A stretch of 64,000 bases of DNA from Vicugna vicugna (Eukaryota): contig MU058213.1 in the NCBI GenBank assembly GCA_013265495.1, positions 1,736,001 to 1,800,000 on the forward strand, read 5' to 3'. Of this stretch, positions 48,640-59,939 are shown in pieces. Under the pieces are notes generated by a model. It was not told the origin of the DNA. It searched no databases and worked only from the letters and a program-made list of their open reading frames with translations. The position numbers and the translations under genes were made by a program. Numbering within the stretch: position 1 is the stretch's first letter; every line of letters starts with the position of its first letter.

Positions 48640-49669
48640 CTGTGCATTTCTCTTGACTCTCTACTTCTTACTGTACCTATTGAGTTAAACTTGACCACAG
48701 AAATCAACTTTGTGTACTTGAAGAAATGATAACATTGTATTTCACTATGGAGGTGACGAATGTTGGAGCTGTCACCAGATCAGATTTTTATGAGGGGAAA
48801 ACTACTTTGTTTGACCAGACACCAAATTTCCTTTGGAAAATTCAGAGCATATTAAGGGACAACTGATATTTATGGCTTTCAGAGTACAGAATATTTTTCT
48901 TTTAACTAAAAGAAATGCTCCACTGTACTCTGAAACTGCAAAAATCAAAAAGTTCTCAGACAGTTTATGCTGTTAAAGGAATATTTGAGCTGCAAGGTGA
49001 GTGGTCCTCACACAGAACAAGCCGCAGCTCAGAGGCTGGATTCAAGATGGCCTTGCCCTTGTTCCAGTAGCTCTGCTTTTACTTCACCAACAGCCCAACT
49101 CCTCTATACTTGTTCCTTCTTTCTATTTGGCCCTAACTTTCTTACTCACTGGCTGTATGACCCTGAGGGGGAAGAATTTATCTCCTCTGGAACTTGGTTT
49201 ATCCCGATGGAAAACAAGGATTTGAGGCTTTTTCAGTGGTTCACACCATTCATTCTGATGGCGTCTCCTTACTGGATGCCGTTTGTGCAAGTACTCACCT
49301 TGGTGTGCACAGGTGTAACGAAGCTCAGAGTACCATGACAATTTGTCAGTTGCTCTGTGATGGTGGATCTATGAAGTCATGTGTGGTTGGCTGTGGAGAA
49401 GGTAAGGTGCCAGCTGCAACAACCACTTTTTTCCCTAGTCAATAAACCTTTCACTGTGTAAATGACAAAGAATGAAGTTTGATCTCTAATTTAAGTAAAC
49501 TTTGATCTCTAATTTAAATAAAATTTAAAGTAAATTATATCCAACTCTGGTACTCTATCTTACATAGCAAATTATTTCTTACATTCTTCCCAACTGTTTA
49601 GAGGACATTAGCGTTTGGTGATTCTAAAAAGAGATCTAGTGTAGGATCTCAGCAAAGAGGTTAATGAAG

Positions 49670-49985
49670 TTCTGTTATAACAAGTAATGAATCTCACAAA
49701 CATAGTACATAGAGAAGGAGAAATAAAATACAAAAGAAAAAATATGGCATGATCTCATTTATATAAAGTTGAAAACAGGCAAAATTGATAGAAAATTTTG
49801 CCTAATAATTATGTTTGTTGGGAGGAGTTATGATTGGTGGGCCAGGAGATGGCTTCTGGGTTCTGGGAAAGGTCTGTTTCTTTATCTGGGTAGGTGTACA
49901 TGTTAATTTTGTAAAGATTCATCACACTCTAGACATGATTTGTACACTTTCCCATGTGAATGTGTTTACTTAAAATGAATCTGTA
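49670..49985 (+). mobile_element. old L1 (L1ME-like) 3' fragment
   Basis: atgaatctcacaaacata...catttatataaagttgaaaacaggcaaaa...ggcttctgg...ctgtttctttatctgggt. Confidence 0.75.
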
Positions 49986-50034
49986 AATTAAAGATAGGCC
50001 AAGCTAGATGCCCTAAAAGGAAAGACAGCACAGG

Positions 50035-50360
50035 ACAATAACGACATTATCCACTGAGAGTTTACCATGTGCCAGGCTCTGGTGAGAAGTCTATGGATAG
50101 ATTATCTCATTTAATTCTCATGATGCTCTTTGAATGTTATTAGCTTACTGAAGGGAAAACCACAGTACAAGAGATATATTAATTTGTCCAGGGTCCACAC
50201 AGGTCATAAGCAATAGAGCCAGGTGACAAAACACAGATTTTTGACTGCAGGGCACATGCTCTGACCACAGCACTGCAAGAAATGATGTACTGTGTAATGG
50301 ACCCCAGCATGTCTGGGGGCAAGTCATTTACTGCCCTGGAACCTCAGTTTCCTCCACTGC
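50035..50360. mobile_element. MIR (minus) followed by a MIR core (plus)
   Basis: tttaccatgtgccaggc...attatctcatttaattctca; gggcaagtcattt...cctcagtttcctc. Confidence 0.75.
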
Positions 50361-52823
50361 CTCTTTTCACTCTCACCTTCTAGCTTTATCTTGGTTTGCT
50401 AACAAATTTACCCATCTCTCCACTTCCCCTTTTGTCTTTGGTCCCCTGCCCTCAAAAAAAAAAAAAAAAAAGTCCTGTTCCAGCCCAAAGAGATATTAGC
50501 ATACAAGCAGAACTTCAGCCTAAAGTACAACAGCAGAACCATTTTTTTCCCCTTTGTAGGGCTATGGAGTGCTGCAAATGCAAGGGTTGCCAGAGTGTTG
50601 GAATGTTGTTATTATTTAAAACAATTCTCTCAACCTTTAAATCATCTTTGCTGCCACCCAAATGGGAGCCAGGTTTCATAAACAAGGCCCTGCTGGGCTG
50701 CATCCTGTTCATTAGAATGGGATTGTACCTGGGTAGTGCCTTTTGAGGAATGCACTCCAGCATTTGAGGCAGCTCCCAGCAGAACAACCTGCCATTTGTG
50801 ATGCCTCTTTCAGGTTAAACATTTTAGATTAATCAATAAGTAAATGGCAAATAAATGGCATGAGCCCCATGTCCAATATAAATGAGATCAAGGAAAGAAG
50901 GAGAAAAGGGCAGTTTCGGCATCGTCCAATATGCCTTGAGCAGCACTGCCTTCATCTCTGTCCACCTGAGGTCTAAAAGTGAACAATGCAGTGCATCGTC
51001 CAGATGTTTTAGAACATCAGGGTGTCTGGCGTCCTTTACCTTAACACACTGACTTCATTTTGAGGTGCCAGAGGTGCTATTGCCCTGAATCTCTGTCACC
51101 CAGAAGAAAGGTTGTGACCCTGGCGAGACATCCTCCTTCCTACAATATAAATCTAACTGGCCAGCCTGGGAATACAGAGGCACGAAAATGCCAGGCTGGC
51201 ACAGAAGCATCTTAGCTTTGAGAATTTGTCAAACACTGCCCAAATGCACGTTTCATAAGGAATTCCATTCATTTCTCCCAATTCTTTCTAATAATTTACT
51301 TCAGTTACACTTTTCAAATGTGGAATATCTCATTTTTGAGGAAAAATATGTTGCAGCCAAAAGAGCTGACCTTCGTGCGTTTTCAGACTCTCTGCTGTGT
51401 CCCTGACAAATGAGGCACCAAGGCCTTTCCATATTCTGTTTGGGGGTCTATTGGCTGAGGAATCCTTGGTCATCCCACCTGCCTGGCATCTAGGATCATG
51501 ATGAATTGTCTCCAACTCTAGCCTCAGATTGTTTTTTAACATTTAATTTAGTTTCTTCCTGTGCTTGGATGAACATGGCCATGTTATGGATTTCTGCTCT
51601 AATGTACACCAGCAGGCTGGAAGAACAAGCCTCAGCAAGCTGTGGAAATTAGAGAGGCTGGATCAATAGGCAAGGTCACGACCCCCTGGCTCCGATTCTG
51701 TACACTGTCCTGAAATTCTCTCCCTGAAAATCCTCCTGCTGCTTCTAATGTGAAGCCATGTGTATTCCCAGAGAGGAATTCATGTAAACAAGCCTACCCC
51801 AACCTCTCACGTCTCAAGGAGGGACACCCATAATCACAAACACCGAAAAATTTGTGTAAACAGCAGCCTAGGAATATAAACATCTGGGCATTTGCTTTAT
51901 GTGCTGTTTGTTAACTCCATTGTCCAAAGACCCTTTCAAAGGGAGCACAAATAGATGAGGACAAAGAGAAAGCAGACCTGCCAATTCTGGAGGAAACCTC
52001 TAAGAAATTACCCTTTATCATACACATACCTCAAACAAAGGGACACAATCTTCTGTGCCTATGCCTTGAAATCTTTACAGAGCAGAGGATGGTAAAAATC
52101 AACCTGATTTAAACTCTCAGGAATATTTCTGGGCTCAATGAAATAGATTTAGGAGAAAATATTTGAAAATATTTTAAAAGATACCAGATGCCAATAATAC
52201 TACTAATTTAGATCTTGTCAATATAAAGGACCTACAAGTTCAAATACCAAACAATATTCCTAGCAAACTAGTTTTCCATCTGGAGACTTAGAAGTTTATA
52301 TTATTCACTGTTATAATTTTCCTGGGTGGAAATGACTAATGCATCAAAACTTCAAACCTGCAAAAGCAAACCAGCTACTGGTAATTTATCATATTCACTA
52401 ATCATTCCTTCCAAAATGGCCTGACATCAAAGTGATCAATTTAGGGAAAAAAAAATCTTAAAGATCTGTCCTCTGAGGAGAAGGTTAAGGGTGTGAAAAA
52501 CTAGGAGAAGGGAGGTTCAGGTCAGGAGGAGGGAAAGGAAGCCCCAAGAGCCCATTTTCATCTGAAATGTGGGTGCCACTTTCACTTTGTAAATTCGAAG
52601 CCACGTAGCCCAGAGAAATGGGATCTCTTTTATTTGGAGAGTAAATTCAGTATGTGATAAAGGCACATCTTTATCCAAACCCCTTATTCAAGAACAACAA
52701 CAGAAGCACTTTCAGTGCAGCCTAGAAATTCTATAATGTTTGGTAGTTTTGCTTCAGAATTGAGACAATAAGGTTATATTCAGAAGAGGTATCCTTCTGT
52801 TTCGTTTTTGACAAACCACTTAG

Positions 52824-52874
52824 CCAATCTCCTGTCTTTCTATTCCAGCAGAGATTTGAGGCAGAATGACGTCA
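52824..52874 (+). promoter_or_regulatory. candidate CCAAT box plus full CRE
   Basis: AGCCAATC (CCAAT 52824-52828) and TGACGTCA (52867-52874) in non-repeat sequence. Confidence 0.35.
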
Positions 52875-53204
52875 CATTTTAAATCTTCAGGTGAAAAATT
52901 AGTTTATGGAGAGTATTGCTTTGTACTTGGTAATGTATGTCCTTGCTGTCAAAGGATATTATTTGCAAGAACTCTAGAAAATTAGGATGTTTTCTTTGCA
53001 ACAGAGACTAAATGCAAAAGAGAAGAGTAAATCTTGCCCTTTTCTAGTACTTTATTTTAAAAGCATATACCCTATTTTCTTTGTAGGTGCTGAAAGAATT
53101 GCATTTACTCTTATTCTATAGAAATAACCTCAAAGATTTTTATGTGAGCAGGGGTTGGGTGGAGATTGGTGAAGGTGTGGTTTAAAAGATACAAAAAGGC
53201 AAGA

Positions 53205-53232
53205 TACATGTAACTAACTATACTTCAATTTT
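53205..53232 (+). mobile_element. 28-bp L1 terminal remnant with TSD
   Basis: tacatgtaactaactatacttcaatttt between two copies of aaaaaggcaaga (53193, 53233). Confidence 0.7.
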
Positions 53233-53374
53233 AAAAAGGCAAGAAATGAGGATTTTTGACTGCTACTGGTACTATTTTTTCTACTCCATTTCTCAGTGTA
53301 GGCTTTCAATTTGCAAGTAAATCTCAAGTTTGATCACAATGGCCGGTCGCAAAGAGTATTTTGGATGAATAAGT

Positions 53375-53560
53375 GGCAGTATAGAATCATAAAGTCTGGA
53401 GAAGGATCCAAACTAACCTCAAAAGTATCTTCTCTTAGGTGAAAAAAGTTATCATGTAAGTGTTTCAGTTTTTCAGATGAGGAACCTAAGATCTTGAGAC
53501 ATGTAGATGTCTGGCCCAAGGTCTTCCAGTGAGGAGTACAGAGTAGACTAGAACTTTGTA
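53375..53560 (-). mobile_element. MIR/MIR3 fragment
   Basis: tagaatcataaag...ttttcagatgaggaacctaag...gcccaaggtc. Confidence 0.7.
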
Positions 53561-53574
53561 TTTCTGCCTCTTGA

Positions 53575-53755
53575 TATAGGGGTTATACGGGTTAACCTTC
53601 ATATAAGGCTGTGTCCCATTTCAGGGATCCTCAGGACTCTACCCCTTCATGCAGGGGTATCTCACATTCAGAACTCTACCACAATAGGGGTTCTATCCCA
53701 GTATGGGGCTCTATTCCTCATATAGGGCTCTGCCTTCCCATACAGGGATTTACCT
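53575..53755. repeat. degenerate ~17-20 bp minisatellite
   Basis: Recurring catatagggctct-like units: atatagggg, catataaggct, aataggggttct, tatggggctct, catatagggctct, catacaggg. Confidence 0.55.
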
Positions 53756-54934
53756 CTGTTCTGGCAATTTAATGCTGCATAACAAGTTACCCTTAAAACC
53801 AGTAGCTCAAAAAAAAAGAAAAACAATTTATTTGTTCATGAGTCTTTGGACAAAGCTTAATGTATATACCTCGTCTCTGTCCCACATGGCATCATCTTGG
53901 GCATCTTAAATCATCTGGAGGTCACTTCACTTGAACTAGATGTTGGCTGTGGCCTCAGTTCCTTTCCCTGGGGGCCTCTCCACGTGTCCTCTCCACCTGG
54001 GCTAATCTGAGCTTTCTCACAGCATGATGGCAGGCTTTTTCAGAGTGGAATGGGTGTCCCCCAAAGATCTAGCCTTGGAAGCCACATAGCATCCTCTCTA
54101 CCTTATTCTATTGGTTAAAGCAATCACAAGCCCCTGCCCAGATCCAAGGGGAGAGAACATAGACTTCTCAGTGGGAGAAGCCTCAACATCACATTGTAAG
54201 GTGAGCAAATGGAATGGGAGATATTGTTGCTTGTAGGAAAATACAATCTGTTATAATCTGTCTTCTGGCCATAACCATTCAAATCCCCACACATGCAAAA
54301 TATACTCATGCCCCACTTCCAAGCCCCCAGGTCTCATCCTAAAGCTTAAAGTCCAGGATCTCTTCATCTAAATCAGGTCCTGATGAGGAGGAGGCTCTTC
54401 CAGTGTGGTTCCTCATTCAGCTCCTGGATCACTGGTCCTCTTGATATTAAACTCTGTGAACTAAAGAGATACAGCTCTGTGGGGATGGATAGCTCATTTC
54501 TGCTTCACTTGGCATCAAATAGGGTGGCTATAAGGCTGGGGACTGGAATCATCAGAAGTGTCACTCATTCACATGTCCAGTAGGTGGATATTGGCCAGAG
54601 GCCTTCAGTTTCTCTCCACATGGGCCTTTCCATGTGGTCTCTTTGCGTGGTGAGTTTGGCCTTCTTCACAGTGTGAGGGCTGGCTTTCTCAGAACAAACA
54701 TCCCAGAGTGAGCTAGCTGGAAGCAATAATCTTTTGGTGAGCTTGCCTCAGAAGTCACAGAGCATCACTCTGCTGCACTCTATTGGTTGAAACAGTCCCA
54801 AGCTCTGTCCAGATTCAAGTGGAGGAGCCCTAGGCTCCACTCGCAGTGGGAGAAGCCTCAAAGTCACATTGTAAGAAGAGCTGCTGGGAAGGGAGGAATC
54901 CTTGTGGTCATTCAGGGAAATACAATCTGTTGAA
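53755..54934 (-). mobile_element. deleted MaLR provirus (MLT1F/G/H-like): LTR, internal stub, partial LTR
   Basis: Two homologous LTR segments sharing cagtgggagaagcctcaa..tcacattgtaag and aaatacaatctgtt; internal stub ccccacacatgcaaaatatactca at ~54256-54465. Confidence 0.8.
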
Positions 54935-54989
54935 ATGGGCTGCCTTGCAAATCACTTGACTCCTTTTCATTGGGGCCATTCACACTGAA

Positions 54990-55092
54990 AATGAATGACC
55001 AGCAGCCAGCAGTGCTGTAGAGGTGATTCTACTATGGGTGGAAGTTTTGACTCTATGACCTCTGAGATTGCTTCCAACTCTCTGATTCTATA
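54990..55092 (+). mobile_element. MIR3/L3 3' end
   Basis: gactctatgacctctgagattgcttccaactctctgattctat. Confidence 0.65.
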
Positions 55093-56727
55093 CAAAGGTC
55101 AATTGAAGCCAGGTAATCTGAAGATTTCAGGGAGTGGAATTGTATAGCCCTGTGGCACATAAGAAAAGGGAGGGGAGATATGAGATGTATGGATAAATAG
55201 AAGGGACCAAGTATGCAATCCTAGGACAGCCTGTGTCCAAATACTATGACTGTGTCTTCTAACAAAAACAAAAGGCCATGAACTCAGCCAGAGTGCAGGA
55301 GGATACTGTCCAGGCTGGCGAAGAAGGTGGCAGCTCATCTAGGAGTTTATGTTAAGGACTAAAACCAGAGTGAACCTGAAAGCACACAGTGAAAAGAGTT
55401 GTACCTTCTATTGGCCTAGAAGGTTGACACGTGCAAAAAGCCTGTAACCAATAAGAGTTACTTGTGATTGTGTGTGTGAAAGGGCTTTATAAACTGTAAA
55501 GCAATGTATCAACATTGTTTTATGTTGGGACTTTCATTCATGCAGCAGAGACTTCTGTAAACAAAGCTGAACCCTCTCTTGCTCTCTGTCCCACATGTGG
55601 ATTGCTTACCTTCGGTCATGTCATCTTTCCATGAGGTGGTTTGTCTGTGTGCATTTTCTGTGAGATGCCTTCGTAGCATTCTTGGTCAATCAATCAGTTT
55701 GGTTAAAATATTGGCTCCTAACCAATGGCAGGGGTTGCGCTGATGGACACACCCGAGAGGATGTTGCTCTGAGTCTGCTGGTCACCTCTTATCGTATCCT
55801 CCTCTCATCAGTTTTTCAAAACCAGGCACTTTTTTCTGCTGCCTTTCACTGGGCTGGCTTCCAACACTACCTGGCTCTGGGGCAGAACTGTAAAGGCGAA
55901 TGCATAATTCAGTGGTTTGTACTTTGCATCTATTAACCATGGCACCAAATGTAGGAATGACACAATGGTGTGGCTTTTGCTTAGATAGTATTTTTCCTGA
56001 GTGAGGCTTAACATTCAAACCAATTTATAGTTCCTTTGCATAGTAGATAAGTATCGTAATAGTCTTTTAATAGATCACTCGACGGAAACACATACATTAT
56101 AAGGTCAATGTCACTGAAAATTATTACAACAGGTCCAATTCAAGGGTCCTAATTCTCTGCATCTAATTCTTACTACTAGATTATGCATAGTACATAGTAG
56201 GTATTTAAAAATATCCATTGAACTTTATTATATTATCAATAGGCAATTAAATAAAATGCAACTTCAAGGCTTTTTTCTTAAAATCCAAGACTGACTTAAG
56301 ACAGACCCATTCAGACCCATTTCAGACAGTCTGAAAATCTGGCAGAATAATAACCATTAGGTTTCCATCAGATAAATGATGGTAATTATTTGTACTACAG
56401 ATAAAATATTTGTATTTGTGTTTGCCCTTTTTAATTTGTATTTGTATTTTAATTGCCCTTATACCAGTTTTGGAAGTAAAAGTGGAACTGTGTGGTAAAT
56501 CTTTATTTCTTTTCCATACCTTGCACTTAAATATCTCTTATGAAGTACTAATATTCCTGATACTATTCTTTCCCAGAACAAGCTTAGGCAGTCTGTGGCG
56601 TAGATATTATTCCTGTTTAAAAGATAGGAGTCAAAAGTCTGGAAGTGATTCGTTTGGAGTTAGATCCTAGGTCCACCCTCTGGTTCAGTTTTCTTCCTGT
56701 TACACAGTGATGTTAGCTAATAGAATG

Positions 56728-56970
56728 GCAATAATAATAACAACAATAACAATTATTCACTGAGCATTTATTGTGTTCCAGGCCCAATGCTAAACACTTC
56801 ACTCATATTATCGCATGTAATGTCACAAGAACTCTTAAAGGAGATGCTATTATCAATGTCATTTTACAGATGAATAAACTCTGGCTCAGAGAGTTTGGGT
56901 AACTTGTGGCAAAGTTCTAAAGCTAGTAAGTAAAAGAGATGGATTTTGAAACTATGCAGAAGTGTTCAAC
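56728..56970 (-). mobile_element. MIR SINE
   Basis: cactgagcatttattgtgttccaggc...cattttacagatgaataaactctggctcagagag. Confidence 0.9.
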
Positions 56971-58186
56971 TACACACTGTGATGTATAATTTCTTGTGCC
57001 AGATATCACAGAGAAAACTGGAGATGATGGGAAAGAGTAGGGTGAAAGAAATGGGTATGTATGGACTTTATTTTTTCTTCCTAAAATAACATTTTAAATT
57101 CTAAAATAAAGACTCAGTCATTATATAAATAAAACTCTTACTCTTGGAAATTTAAAGCTTCCTCCTCTTCTCCCCCTCCAATTACACTGTCACAGACCAG
57201 TTGATGTTCAAGTAGGAAGGAATGTTCTCTGGAGTGGATTTATATTTTATAAGATGGAATAGGCCATTTTCATGCCCCATTCACTCAGGCCTGTTCTCTC
57301 TCTGTATCCTGGTAACACCTAAGCATCTGTCCATTCAAGGATATCATCCACTTTGGACCGGCCAGCCTGTGTAAACTACACTTTCCAGTTGCCTGGTTAT
57401 CATTACTAATGTATCAGAATGCTTTCTGTGCATCTTTCAGACCAGTGAGCCACAATTTTCTTATTCAACATGTTGTCTCTAGAAATTAGGCTTCTTGTTT
57501 AATGTGATCCTTCTCCTCTGCCTCAGGCTAGTTCTTCAGGGCCTCCCTTGCAGGCAGCACGTCAGCCATGCTCACTGATGCTAAAGTCAGTGATATGAGG
57601 ATTTAGATTAAGAAAGTTTCCTTAAAAGCGCCTTCATCCTGATCTTCAATAAGCCAAAACCTTGGGAAATATCAGATGAGTCCAGAAATTTAACCCAGTC
57701 TCACCCTGAGATATCATGTCCTATATAAAATATCTTGATCCAAATGTCAAATTGAGCCAAGCCAATTTCCTGAGTTCCATGAGTTCCAGAGCTGTGATAC
57801 TCTGCCTTCCTCAACTTCCCATCATGGTGCTGAGGCTCACATGATGACTGATTTCCCAAGCAAGAGACTCAACAATATGCTGGGATCAACATTCTGCTGG
57901 TTTGCACAAAATAAAACCTATGGCCAAAATATCCTTCCTCATTTCCTAAAACTATGAGGTGGGTCCAGATACTTCCATTTCTTTTCTTCTTATTCTATCA
58001 TTAAAATACATCCCCTCTTCAAGTGCTCTTTCTATATCATGGGAAAATAGGTTGAAAATTCCCTTAAATTGCTTCTTACCTAAATGGGAATCTCCGTGGC
58101 TTCTAATCACTTGCCATTTCTTGTCGTGTGTAATCATATCACACAAATAAATTTATTTAAGAGTGTGAACCATGGTCAACTGGGGT

Positions 58187-58520
58187 TGTTATGATCTGAC
58201 TGTGTTCCCCAAAAGTCATGTGTTGAGTCTTAATTCCCAAAGATAATGGTATTAGGTGGTGCGACCTTTAGGAGGTGCTTAGGTCATTAAGGTGGAATCT
58301 TCACGAATGGGATTAGTGTTCTTATGAAAGAGACTCCACAGAGATCCCTTGTCCCTTCCTCCATGAGAGGACACCATGAGAAGTCTGTGACTCAGAAGAG
58401 GGCTCTCAGCTGACCATGGTGGTGCTTAATCTTGGACTTCCAGCCTCCAGAACTGTGAAAGATAAATTTCTGTTGTTTATAAGTTACTCAGTCTATGGTA
58501 TTATGTTATAGCTGCCTGTC
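58187..58520 (+). mobile_element. MaLR LTR (MLT1A-like)
   Basis: tgttatg...gaatgggattagtgttcttat...atcttggacttccagcctccagaactgtga...ataaatttctgttgtttataag. Confidence 0.9.
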
Positions 58521-58689
58521 CTAAATCAGGATTTGTTTATATAATAATACCACCACTTTCAAGGAACCTGAAGTTTTTATTACTTGTGATCCTCAATTAT
58601 CTGCCATAGTAATTTTTTTTAGCGTTATAATGGTCTCCTGGCTGAGTCGAAGAAATGTCATTTGGCCTTCAATCTCTACCTCTTCTCTG

Positions 58690-59000
58690 GGCAGACAATT
58701 CATTTGAATCTTGTGACAAAATTTTCCCTAACAAATGGTGCCCTCACATTTCTCTCTCCTGCTTCTCTCCTACCTCTCTGACTTTTTCTTGTCATGTAGG
58801 GACCTCAGTTCTTGTTATCAGCTCTTTTTTCTCTAAAAATCTTACCCTGAGAGTATTTACTCCGTCTCGGGTTTCAGTATGATCACGGGGTAGCTGACTT
58901 TCAAATCTTCCTCACCAGCTTAGTCCTATATCCCTTATCCTGCCATTCCCTTAAGATTAACATATACCAAATCTAACCCATCATTTCTCCCCCGGAGATA
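58690..59000 (+). mobile_element. L2 fragment
   Basis: ctcctgcttctctcctacctctctg...gctgactttcaaatct...aacatataccaaatctaacccatcat. Confidence 0.55.
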
Positions 59001-59652
59001 GTTTTGTCCTGATTTTTCCACTTGGAAAAATTAAGATGTAGAGTTTAGGTGGATTTAAAATAATGTGGTAGCAGGAAAATTGAGAAGAAAAAAATGTACT
59101 TCAAGTATTTTCTAAGCAATAAATACGGGATTTAAGGAGTGATTCAAAGATAAAAAAGCTATTATTAGTCAAATCATTTCCTCAGAGTCCTGGTAACAAG
59201 CTCTATGTCACTTTGACTCCCTTCTTGTTTATGCCTTACCTCCTTTACCCAATTAGCCAAAGCACTTTTTAAAAATTACTCTTTCTTGTTTTTATTCTCT
59301 ACCTATAGCTATAGGCTAAATAAATATTTGTTAAAATAACGACTAAATGTAATGAATAGACCTCATTTTCCAACTTTTCTAAGGAAATTGATGTGACCTT
59401 CCAGTGGTTGCCAGCAGCTTTGAATGGTCACCCTCCCAATTCTGCTGAAACCTTTGGAGGCCATTGTTGTTTTCAGTTTGCAGTGGGGATCTGAAATCCA
59501 CATGGTTCTTTCATCAACCACCTGATCTACGTCAGAACTTTCTTTAAGCTCAGGCCTTCCAGGTCTTGGTTTCTTATCTCTGATGAGTAGCCTTAGCCTT
59601 TTCTGCCATTTGCAGCTCTATTCATCCCTTTACCAGGGCACTTTTTGGCCCC

Positions 59653-59928
59653 TATGGTAAGCAGAATAAGGCCCAACCCCCCCAACGCCCAGCCCCAAAG
59701 ATGTCCACGTCCTCATTCCAGTAACCTCTGGACTCTGGAAAAGGCAAGGGACAGATTTTCCCCTGGAGCTTTGAGAAGAAATGCAGCCCTGCTGACACAT
59801 AGGTTTTAACCCTTTAAGTCCCATTTTTGGACTTCTGACCTCCAGAACTGGAGGGTAATAAATTGGTGTTGTTTTAAGCCTCTAAATTTATAGTAATGTG
59901 TTGCAGCAGCTATGAGAATCTACTAACA
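59653..59928 (+). mobile_element. MLT1D-like LTR with internal deletion
   Basis: 5' tatggtaagcagaataa...ccccaaagatgtccacgtcct joined to 3' ggaaaaggcaagggacagattttcccctggag...gacttctgacctccagaactg. Confidence 0.85.
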
Positions 59929-59939
59929 CCCTAAATCAA

